From NCBI RefSeq assembly GCF_000143415.4, contig NW_003314276.1, positions 2,169,072 through 2,233,071 of the forward strand: a DNA stretch of 64,000 nucleotides. The letters are read 5' to 3'. Positions 1 to 9,865 of this stretch are shown here, piece after piece. The position numbers and the translations under genes are program-made. The notes beneath the pieces are model-generated. The model did no database searches. It was not told the origin of the DNA and was given only the letters and a program-made list of their open reading frames with translations. Source of the stretch: Selaginella moellendorffii. Its lineage: Eukaryota > Plantae > Lycopodiophyta. Every line of letters begins with the position of its first letter. Position 1 is the stretch's first letter.

Positions 1-356
1 GAGATTTACAACATCACAACAAATTAATTCCCAAGTTGCACTTGTATTGCTTTTTGTAATGTTCTACTTTTGGTGAGTCTTTAATCCCTTACAAACATAT
101 ATATTTGATATATTTAATGCTTTTTGAGATGGATCCAAATGTTAAAATTTGGATTCACCACAATGAGGGGTTTATAACATTGAGAAAGAATTAGATGTTA
201 GAATTGTATTTGAATTTAAAATATTTATTATGGAATATTATTTACAAGTTACACATAAAATAACAAAGTGCATTTCTTAAAGTTTAACTCAAATGGATTT
301 TATAGTAATAATGAAATATTTATTAATACTAATTATTAAATATTTAAATAATAATT

Positions 357-3300
357 TCTGAATGCGTGGAATATGGAAAGAGAATACAGAAAATATCCAT
401 CTCAATTAGCCCAAGAACCCTAGTTTATATAGAGGAGTAAGTGGTCTGGATTGAAACCAATTCGACGTCTACCAAAATCCCACTACATAATATTAGTATA
501 CAGCATTGTAGTTGTACAGGTGGACCTCAGATCATCTCCTCCTCTCCGAATAATGGAAGGCCATTAGGGTTCTCTTGCAGATGGGCCAGGATCTAAAGGA
601 ACGTTATGAGGAAGCATTGGCGAATCTGTAGGTAGTATTAGTTGTTGTTGATCCCTTTGTACGAAGCATTTCAACTGCTATATATGCATAATTTCTAGAG
701 GATCGGCTTGCTGGATGTCATGCCTAACTTCATAAACTTGTGGTCCAACTTGCTATAACACCCAATATGGTCCTTTCCACTGAGCAAGGAGCCCCTTAGA
801 TAAACCATGTATTATAAGATAGGGAAAACAGAGTAATATTAAGTCATCCACTTTGTACTTTGCAAATGGACGATGATGGGAGTTGTAGCGCCATTGTTGT
901 CCCACTTGTACATGGCCTAAGTGTTCGGCAGACTCTGCTCAGACAAGTGGAAGAATGCTCATCAAATACTGATCCCACAATCTAGCATTGGCAGCTTGTG
1001 ACAATCGCGAAAGGTAAACCCAGCTTCATTAGTAATATTGAACCATGACCATACAGGAGTTTATATGGTGAAGCACTAACAGAACTCTGCACCCCTATGA
1101 CATATGCATATTAAAGAGATGGCAACTAACCACCCCAATCCAAATGCTGAAAGTTCATATACTTCGCGATCATTCCTTTGAATGTCCAAACGAGCTGTTC
1201 TACCAAACCGTCTAACTATGGATGATAAGCACTCGTGAAAGTGTGGCATATCCCTAATCTAGACGTCAAAACATGAAATGCCTCAGCTATAAATGTAGGA
1301 CTATTATCTGAAAGAATTCACTCCGAACAAGAATGCTGGAACACCACTCGATTGAGGAAGAAGTATCCAGCAGTTGTAGAGGCGCTAGCAAGAACACCAA
1401 CTTCCACCCAATGAGTGAAATAGTCAGAAGCAATAATAACATATTCATTACCAACTGCCGACGGTGGAAAAGGTCCCATAAGATTAAATGCCACCAACTC
1501 AAATAGACGGGAAACTACAATTGACTCCAACCATTTATCCGCGGCATGAGGGGGAGTATTATGAGCTTGGCACCAAATGCAACTATGCACATACCGGATA
1601 ATATCACATCGCATCTCCGGCTAATAGAAAAACTTGCGCAGCTTCTCAGTCATATGATGATGTCCTATAAAACAGGAAAATCATGGTAGGCATGGAGAAA
1701 CCGTTGAATAAAGATAGAAGGCACCACTAGCCGTAAATGATCATCAATATCCATCTCCACAAAATAAAAAAGGCCGTTTTCAGGCAATATTGAGAATATA
1801 AGGCAATATAAGGCGTCTTCAAGGTGATATTGAGAATGTCTCAAAGGACAGTTGACAGGTAACTTTTTATACCCAAAGTCGCATTTGTGACAGCCGGTCA
1901 ACTACTACAACACAAAAACTGTTGGAGGAATTGAAAAAGGGAAGAGCAAAATAACACAGAAACATAGGAGGAAGTAATAGGCCAACAAAAGTAATGGACG
2001 TAGAGGTAGAAGCAAAGGGACAAAAAGGTATGGAAGTGAGAGGAATGGATGAAATATAAGGAAGTATAAGACAAAGGGAGAAGCCTTAAAGTCATATTTG
2101 GCATGATTGCATTGTAACCAATCCATAGGTCAAAAGCTTGACTTGACACCACCCGCAATGACTGCAACCCAAGCTCGAGATCACCTACATACATAATTAG
2201 GTCCACCTCATCCCGTGCACATGCATATATATAACTGTTGCTATAAAGAATGAAAATTGACTCCATCGCATAGCACAAATGTAGACGGCAACATATGGCA
2301 TTAAGTCGAGCAATAAAAGACAGAGAGAATAATAGGAGACCACTTGTTATAAAAATAAGCTTGGAAAGTAAACACTTGATGAACTGGTGCCAAATGAACC
2401 CTTTGATGATACTCCTGAAAGAAATATGGAAGGGTCACTAACTTATTTGTGCAAGGTCCTTTCATTATTCATGTGACTCCTCATTTCCCAGATGCATCTC
2501 AGTATCCAAACCTTCCACTACAGTAGCACCAACAAAACATTGTTGATGCCAAGGTCTCCACCCAAGAAATGGTGACCGCCAATCTGGAAAACACTGACAA
2601 CACTGATAAGTGTGACCAACTTCATCACACGCTCAACAACAAATATCATGGCCATAACGACGTCCTTGCCCTTGTCCTTGGACTTAAGCAACAGTAGCAT
2701 CAACCTCCATTGGAACATGACCATTATCCACATGAAGTGAAGTTGTAGGATATGCAGTGAGAAGTGAAAGAGGTGACATCTTATAATGTTGTGCAAAGCG
2801 AAGAGCATCGTCAAGGGTGGCTAGAGCAAGTGCATGCACAAGTCTGACAAAATCTTGACGAAGTGCTGGCCACAACATTCCTAGCTTGATCCGCTTTAAC
2901 ATGTTTGAGCCCGCACGAAGCATGAGGCTTTGGAAACAAACGCCAAATTCCATTACTAACTTAGATGGCCCTTGACAAAGATGATGCAATTGTTAAAAGG
3001 CATCATTATAATTATTGCCATGTTCGAATGTGCATTTGAAGACGTCTGGAAGAACATTCCAATCCCCACGAGTGGCTGCCCTCAGACCATTGTACCATTG
3101 CAATGCCGTCCCTTGAAGACATGTGGGAAACTCACGCAAATGTTAAACATCATCCCAAAAATGATATGTGGCAATTATTGTGAAATGATTAAACCAATAG
3201 TACACATCATCCCAAAGATTCCCACGAAAGAACTCTGGCCAAACGCGAATATTGGCACCAAAGGCAGGAGGAGCTATACCACGTGCCATGAATGCCACCA

Positions 3301-3807
3301 TCAATTGAGTTTGGTTATCCAATCACAATCGCATAGCATCAAACAATTGCACCAATTGCTGCTCCAGAGTCAAAGGAGGAGACTGTTGATCTACCATAAA
3401 GATGAATGAAAATAAAAAAGCAAAAGAAGATAAATGAAAAAAATAGCTAAAAGGAAAGGGAGATCTGAACAATGCAAAAACTAAATCGAAACAAAAATCC
3501 TAAAAAAGGAAAGAACAAGTTAAATCTAAACAATGGAAAAAGTTAAATCTAAACAATACAAAAATTTAAACTATAATCCCAAATCTAAGCACTCCTCAAG
3601 GACAATCAAAGGTGCTCTTTATCTCTACCAATATGACTGCATAGAATATAGAAAGGGAATATAGAAAATATATATCTCAATTATTCCAAAAACCATAGTT
3701 TATATACAGGAGCGAGTGGTCCAAAATGAAATCAATCCGACAACTACTAAAATCCCACTACGCTAATATTAGTATATGGCATTGTAGCTATACACTTGGA
3801 CCTTACA
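357..3807 (-). mobile_element. Ty3/gypsy LTR retrotransposon family A, copy A1 (degenerate; RT-RNaseH deleted)
   Basis: LTRs of about 175 bp at about 357-531 and 3632-3807. The PPT (minus-strand GGAGAGGAGGAGATGA) adjoins the left LTR and a PBS-like TGGTAGAGATAAAG adjoins the right LTR. Integrase remnants (HSCIWCQ...FNLMGPFP...DYFTHWVE) and gag remnants are present. Deletion junction at about 1790-1835. Confidence 0.9.
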
Positions 3808-4739
3808 TTCTGTAAATTAGGTGACAAGGCAAAACCTCTATTAATTAGGAAATATTGCCACTCATATTTAAATATTATTTAAATTACTATTTTTTAAAAA
3901 TGCCTCTTTAATAAAAATATTGCCATTAAGAAAATATTCTTTAGTGTACTAGTATATTTTAAAGCTTTATTCTTAATGACTCCTTTTGTTGACCTGGCTC
4001 TCTCTATTAGCAGATTGTACATCACCTAGTAAGCTTTTAATGATTAGTTTCTTTGAATTGATCAAGAGTGCCCAATATCTCTATTTGTTTGTTCAGGGGC
4101 TATGAGATACCAAAAGCAAATGTGCTTAAACTTTGAAAGAATGTGAAGATGATGTTTCCAATTTTGAAATTTTGTAAGAAAGAAAAGTTGCTCATTTTAA
4201 AAGACTTTTAGCTCTACAATTATGTAGCTAAATATGCTTACTAGCAAACCAAAATACCAAATAATATCAGTGTTACTAAAAACTATAATAATAATATATA
4301 CTATAGTAATAATATTCACTAGAGGAGGAGGAACAAAGCTAGTGTTTTGCTTTGCACTGTTATTCAAGAGGATGAGTAAAGCAATTGGTAAAACCAACAC
4401 AATATAAATCAAATTGGTATGATCTGGAACAGCTTTGCAAGGAGTAGAAACCTTCCAAACCTCATCTCTTAAAAAGCTCTTGAAATGCCAGGATGATATC
4501 TAGAATTGGAATTTTGGGATCGACACAAGCATCTCCAAATATGTTCGATTATTGGATTGTTCCAGGCGTTTTGACCGATTTTACTCTGGAGGAGCTGTGG
4601 ATCAATATCAATGTTGCACCGTGAGAATATCAAAACAGCAATGAATAGATATTTATCTTGTGTTTCTTTTTCCCGCGTTCAAGTCTGACAATCCACAGCG
4701 TCACCAGCTACTCGTTAAAACCAAAAGTAGTCAAGGGTT

Positions 4740-5658
4740 AGGTTATAATCTTTCTCGCTTGGATTTTTCTATTGTCGAAGCTCACATCGAGCAGACCACC
4801 ATGGACACCATCCTCGAGGAGGCCCGACGCTTGCCCGCCGAGCTCCAGCGCCCTGGAGTGGCGGCCACGACCGACCTTCACACCCGCGACCTCCAGCTCT
4901 AGCTCCAGCACATCGAGCAGACCACCATCTGATGCTCGCCACGACGATCCAGCTCCAGCAGCAGCAGTGTACCATCATCATCACGGTGATGGAGCTCCTC
5001 TGGTTGTTCACCACCATCACCAGGGTCACCACCATGGAGGACGCCACAACCACCACCACCACCACCACCACCACAACCACCACCAGCACCACCATCGTCG
5101 CGACGGTCACGACGCAGCAGTGGCCACACCAACACCCGCAGCAGTAGTTACAGTGGTTCGGAGGACGCCATGGTCGCTGCTCCAGCTTCTTCTCTGGGTT
5201 TTGGTTGCGATCTTGGTGCTGCTCGCGTGCTTTTTGCTCGTGCGATGGATGTTATCTCGAAGGAAGCAGCGCAGTAATGCTATCTTTCAGGATCCCAGGT
5301 GGCAGATCGAAGTTGTAGTGGACGATCCTCCAACTGAGAAGAAACAGCTGGAAGCTCACACTCGTGGTTCGCACAGCAATGGCACTCTGGGATTCTCCTC
5401 TAAGTGTCCTGCCAACACTGGCAGTGACACGTAAGTCAGCTATGTTGCATGCGTTGTCACATGGAAGATTGTGTACAAACAATCTTCAAGGAGATGAAGT
5501 TGCAGAGCAAGAAGACAGCAGGCTCTTGCTCACGGACGGTGAAGATCACATACAAGGGTCGACTGGTGGAAGTCACCAGACTTGGAAGTTATTCCACAGC
5601 TGGCTGGGAAAATGGACTGGGTTTCCACAGAGCAAGAACCTACCAAGTTTCAATTTGA
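4740..5658 (+). pseudogene. His/Pro/Ala-rich single-pass membrane protein (AGP-like ectodomain), frameshifted copy 1
   Basis: Poly-His and APAP/PALAPA tracts, then a hydrophobic helix WSLLQLLLWVLVAILVLLACFLLV followed by basic RWMLSRRKQR. No in-frame ATG; frameshifted relative to copy 2. Confidence 0.55.
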
Positions 5659-5950
5659 CTGAGCTATCCTCTAGAGTGACGGGGGAGCAGCCTCCAAAGG
5701 CCAGAGAAGTTGCTTGAGACGAAAGGTTTGAGAAAAGGTAACGTACTACTTTTGCTCTCTGTTCTTGCAGGCGCTCAAATCTCAACTTCGATGAGAAGAA
5801 GCAGTGCAGGGCATAGCAGCCAGATAAGTTTCTCCAGAGTCAAGAGCATCATAAGCCGGGAATCAAGCAAGTGCAATTGTGAAAGTATGGTCGAAGTCTA
5901 CACTGCGGCTTGCAACACAGGTTGTTCAACAGGATGGGACGAAGAACAGG

Positions 5951-6272
5951 ATAGGTTGGGCTACCTCGCAAATTGTGAATACAAAGCCGATGCATTCGTC
6001 GCAAGCAGCCTCGTGGACATGTGGAAGCATCAGAAGTGTTGAGGAGGACAAATAAACATGACGTTGGTTGGCTGGAACACGATCATCATGGGACATGCAC
6101 GTCTTCTATCAGATGCAACGAGACTTTGCTCTTGAGCGCTACGAGCAAACCGGCAGCCAAACGCTCAGACTTTTCATGGTGGCGCTCAAGGCACGCAGTG
6201 ACTTAGCAGAGAAGAGGCTCCACTCGCAGATCCAGGAGAGAAATCTGGACGGAATCCACTACTCACGTGCTC
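5951..6272 (+). pseudogene. PLS-class PPR gene fragment
   Basis: Frameshifted motifs YKADAFVASSLVDM, DVVGWNTIIMGHA-like and NAQTFMVALKA..SDLAEKRLHSQI, typical of PLS-PPR L/S/P motifs. Confidence 0.7.
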
Positions 6273-6304
6273 GCTCAGTGTAGAGACATGCCTGCCATTC
6301 GAGA

Positions 6305-6400
6305 AGTTTTCCGCCCCAAGTTCAGAAGTACTCTGGTGTCATTGTCACGATGACACACTTCTCATTTGGAGTAACTGGAGAGTGCCCTACGAAGCATGAT
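6305..6400 (+). pseudogene. ABCB (P-glycoprotein) TMD2 exon fragment, degraded copy
   Basis: Paralog of 22306-22428 (SFGVTGE..TKH). Confidence 0.5.
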
Positions 6401-6923
6401 GGTCATAGGTATTATAATTTTTCACTAGTTCATAGCTTTTTTGTTTTGTTTTATAACCTTCACAAGGTATTTAGTTTACGCGATTCTTAGGCCAAGATGG
6501 TCAAGCTAGTTAGAAGTCCCTATCTTTAAGCTGTTTTGAGGAAATTGAAGCTTGGCAATGAAAAGTTGTGGAAGCTTTGGAGCTTATCTCCTTACACATA
6601 TTCTTTTGACTTTTTCATCAATGACATGCTATTTCAGGGATGGGAATGGACATACAATTTTATTGTGGAGAGGGTATTACAAAGTGTTACTCATGTTGCC
6701 TTGGAAGGTTACTTTTCTTTTAGGTGCTTGGGAGTTGCCTGAGAACTAGGAGTGCTGTGTCAGAACGAGGGAACTCCATCGTATCACAGAAGGAATATGC
6801 TTTAATTCTGAAGCCGTCAATCAAACCCAAACAACCTGAAAACAAGCAAAAGGATCTTAGCTAGCACACCATGGTGAAGAGATAAAAATATTTGAGAAAA
6901 TACTTATCTCATAAATAATTTTC

Positions 6924-7152
6924 TTGGTTTACTTGATAGTAGTAATAATTTAATTGAGCAATATTGATAAACATATTTATAATTTATAAATCAAGATTAT
7001 ATCAATAGTAGAATAGAAAAGAATATACTAGAAGGAAATTTTATAAATTATAAACATGTTCACAAATTATAAAGAAAAGATTAATCTAAATGAACAACAA
7101 CCATTAAATAGGAGAATATCCAAGCATCTTCAAGTTTTCTTAAGCAAACCAA
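6924..7152 (-). mobile_element. Putative AT-rich MITE
   Basis: Imperfect TIRs TTGGTTTACTTGA / TTAAGCAAACCAA. The internal sequence resembles 26711-26949 and 52700-52969 in the opposite orientation. Confidence 0.55.
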
Positions 7153-7768
7153 TTATAGATCTATGGTGTTTGGTCACTTAAACTTACACAAGCTTATTCA
7201 CAAACCTATTTCATTAACTTGTGTACTCATGAATATATAGAACTTTTTTTCCCAAACTTATATCATTAAACCGATATAAAAACATGGGACTTACGTTTTT
7301 CCAATGTTTTGTTGTAGATTAGATGTTATATTCTTCTTTCAACCATGCCCTATACAAATATACAAACTTCATAATTACAATTCAACTTCTTTAAATCTTT
7401 CCTGATTTCATATTAGTGGAAGAGAAACACCAAACATATAAAGATTATATGTTTGGTGTAAGAAAGCAAAGACAATATATTCAAAGGCAATATAGTTAAA
7501 AAGTAAATATGATTATCAATCAACAATACCATAATCACAAGTATATAGTTTTCAGTTAAGAAAGTGATATTGTAAATGGGAGAATTCATAATGGAGATTA
7601 TACGTAAATTGGTCGTGTAAGAAGAAGCTATTTAAATTCTAGAAAATGTTTAAGAAATAATCTTATAATTTGTTTAAGCTGTTTTATATTTAGGCGAATT
7701 TAAATATTATTATGAGTAGAAGTTGAAGAACCCTAAAAGGTTGGCAAGAGGTTTTACAGAAATTAAAG

Positions 7769-8875
7769 TTACACAAAGCATTTTAGACCGCAAGGGCCGG
7801 TCGCAAAAACCCGGTGGCAGTTCAGGCACTTAAAACCTCCAGTCAACCCCTTGTCAACGCACACCACCTCGTCCTCCTCGTCAACGCGGTCAGCAATAAT
7901 GTCAACGGGCACGTTGACCACGCCTGGATCGCCGTTGCTGGGGGGCAACTTGGGCAAGGCGTCCTCGATCTTGGTGCTGATGATCTTGCTCTTGCGCGAC
8001 ATCTTCCTCGCGCAGTGGTGGGCGGCCAGTGCTGTGCTCGATTCAAACGCGAGCTTACAACGGGAGCACTCGACAACCGCCGCTCCCCCAGTCGATTCAA
8101 GACGGCAACCATCCCCTTTACGAGATCCCTCCGCCACAGTGGCGTCGGCGCCGCCGCCAGTCGGATCAATGGCCCGGGAGGAACACTTGATCCTAATCTT
8201 CAATGGTTGCCACTGCGGCAATGGATTGTCATGGATCACAACCTTGGAAGAATTCTCCTCCCCCTCTTCCTCCATGGCCACCTTCTCGACCATCAAAGCT
8301 CCCATCTTTTTCTTCTTTTCCTCCTCCTCCCTGGCCCAGTGCCGGAGATAGACTTGCTCCAGGCTCGTGTCGCTCTCGTAGTCGGGCTCCTCGATCACCT
8401 CCTTGATTTTGATCTTCGCGGGGCTGCGCGGAGCGATAGCGGCGGCGGCCCTCGCGATCCGCGACTCCGGATGGCATCGCATGTGTCCCGACAGCCCTTT
8501 GATCGATACGAACTCCTTGCCACACTCTGGGCACTCGTGATCCTTGCCCTTGCTGCTCAGTTTCTTCTTCTTGATCTGCTCCTCCGCAAACTTGAGGTTC
8601 TTCTTAGGATTTGCCCTCAGCGCATACAACCCATTGCATCCCCCGGCCCGCTGGACGTCGTCGCCGGAGCTCCGGTCGTCATCCTCGCTGTGATCGAGGT
8701 CTTGGAACAAGCTCTCCTCGACCAGGCAGTGCCGGAGCTGGGGATAGGCCTTCTTCCGCTTGGTGCTCCTCACCAGATCCTTTTCATGACGATCCTCACC
8801 CACCTGTCCATTCTGCTGCTGCTGCTGCTCATACTCATGCTCTTGCTCCACGATCTTCCTCTTCGCCGATCTCAT
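7769..8875 (-). CDS. C2H2 zinc-finger protein (ZAT/C1 type), 3'-truncated, possibly pseudogene
   Basis: YALRANPKK motif; finger CPECGKEFVSIKGLSGHMRCH; degenerate finger CSRCKLAFESSTALAAHHC. The last finger FKCLNCHRVFATG is cut before QALGGH. ATG at 8875; intronless. Confidence 0.8.
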   Translation of the reverse strand: MRSAKRKIVEQEHEYEQQQQQNGQVGEDRHEKDLVRSTKRKKAYPQLRHCLVEESLFQDLDHSEDDDRSSGDDVQRAGGCNGLYALRANPKKNLKFAEEQIKKKKLSSKGKDHECPECGKEFVSIKGLSGHMRCHPESRIARAAAAIAPRSPAKIKIKEVIEEPDYESDTSLEQVYLRHWAREEEEKKKKMGALMVEKVAMEEEGEENSSKVVIHDNPLPQWQPLKIRIKCSSRAIDPTGGGADATVAEGSRKGDGCRLESTGGAAVVECSRCKLAFESSTALAAHHCARKMSRKSKIISTKIEDALPKLPPSNGDPGVVNVPVDIIADRVDEEDEVVCVDKGLTGGFKCLNCHRVFATGPCGLKCFV

Positions 8876-8972
8876 AGCTAGCCACCGATTGACTGATCGA
8901 CCGCGCAAGAAAAAACCGAACCCTTTCCTCTTACAACGAATTAGGGCACACTTCCTTGTTCCCGCCACAGCC

Positions 8973-8974
<2 letters not shown>

Positions 8975-9003
<29 letters not shown>
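8975..9003. repeat. (CT)n/(GA)n microsatellite upstream of the ZF ATG
   Basis: About 14 CT units. Confidence 0.9.
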
Positions 9004-9006
<3 letters not shown>

Positions 9007-9156
9007 TGGTTAAAAATTAGAGGCGAACAAAAATTCTTCTCTATGATCGACTGCATGGTTTGATCTCTCTTCCTTGCGAAATTCCAAAGCTTTGCTGCTG
9101 TTAGCTTGAAGGGGAGGAAAAAACAAGAAAAAAAAATGGTCACAAAATGGTCACCT

Positions 9157-9174
9157 TTGGACTAAAGGGAGCCC
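9157..9174 (-). promoter_or_regulatory. Putative miR319/miR159 target site in the RKD 3' UTR
   Basis: The plus strand TTGGACTAAAGGGAGCCC matches miR319 UUGGACUGAAGGGAGCUC at 16/18 positions, and both differences are G:U wobbles on the minus-strand mRNA. The site is 9 nt past the stop codon. Confidence 0.75.
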
Positions 9175-9183
9175 TGAATTTTT

Positions 9184-9865
9184 TCACTGCTGCTGCTCCG
9201 TGGATCCATCGTTGTGGGAAGAATCAGAGTTTCCACCGCCGGTGCCACCGTTTCTACAGGGAGCTACCGCTCGCTGCCGCTGCTTGTAGCTGGCTTTGAA
9301 GATTTCCTGGCGGAACTGCTTGGTTCGATCGTCCAGCTCCATCCCCGGGCTCTCCTCCATCTTCTTCTTCTGCTTCTCCAGCTCGTGAATCACGTGGATC
9401 ACTGGGTTTGGAGCGTTTCCATCCGAATCCTTGGCTAACTCCTGGCAAGTAAAGCCAGAAGTTCACGGAAGAACTTTCGACGAAGAACAAGGAAAGAACA
9501 CTAACCTGGCTCTTATGTATCAAGCTCTCAAGGCTCTTGAGCTTGCGGTGAGGCCAGCGGGGGATGCCAAACTCGCGGCACCACTTCTTGAGCACGGTGA
9601 GGCCGACTTTGAGCTCGTTGGACGCCTGAGTGATTGGCATGGTGAAGTAGCGGGAGAGATCTTCGAGGCTTATGTCCATCATCCTCTCAGTTGGGCCGAG
9701 GAAGCCACTGCACGTCACCTTGTTGCTCACATCAACCAGGTCGTTTGCTCCGTCGCAAATGGTGACTATAGCACCTGCATTGGTGTTGCCATCGCCGCCA
9801 TTGCCACCACCACCATTCCCACCACCCTTGATTCGGTTGAATCTAATTGAGCTTCTTGACATCAT
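9184..9865 (-). CDS. RKD: RWP-RK domain transcription factor, RKD subfamily (2 exons: 9865-9506, 9441-9184; 5' end uncertain)
   Basis: SLEDLSRYFTMPITQASNELKVGLTVLKKWCREFGIPRWPHRKLKSL. A GT-AG intron at 9505-9442 restores the frame to the RKD C-terminal motif ELDDRTKQFRQEIFKASYKQR. No PB1 domain. Confidence 0.88.

Larger units (their letters stand above)
1..6875. repeat. Segmental duplication, copy 1 (paralogous to 11910-22781; starts before the window)
   Basis: Position 1 GAGATTTACAACATCACAACAAATTAATTCC matches 11910. Both copies have the same gypsy insertion site and the same downstream flank (3808 vs 18206). Homology ends at GCACACCATGGT (about 6875 vs about 22781). Confidence 0.92.

Noticed and set aside
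4197-4412. Hydrophobic 71-aa ORF
   Set aside because: AT-rich codon bias, non-ATG start and no family motif recognised.
7814-8881. 355-aa plus-strand ORF
   Set aside because: Antisense shadow of the GC-rich ZF gene.
9060-9180. Possible MIR319 precursor on the plus strand
   Set aside because: No complementary star arm or long stem; better explained as a minus-strand target site.
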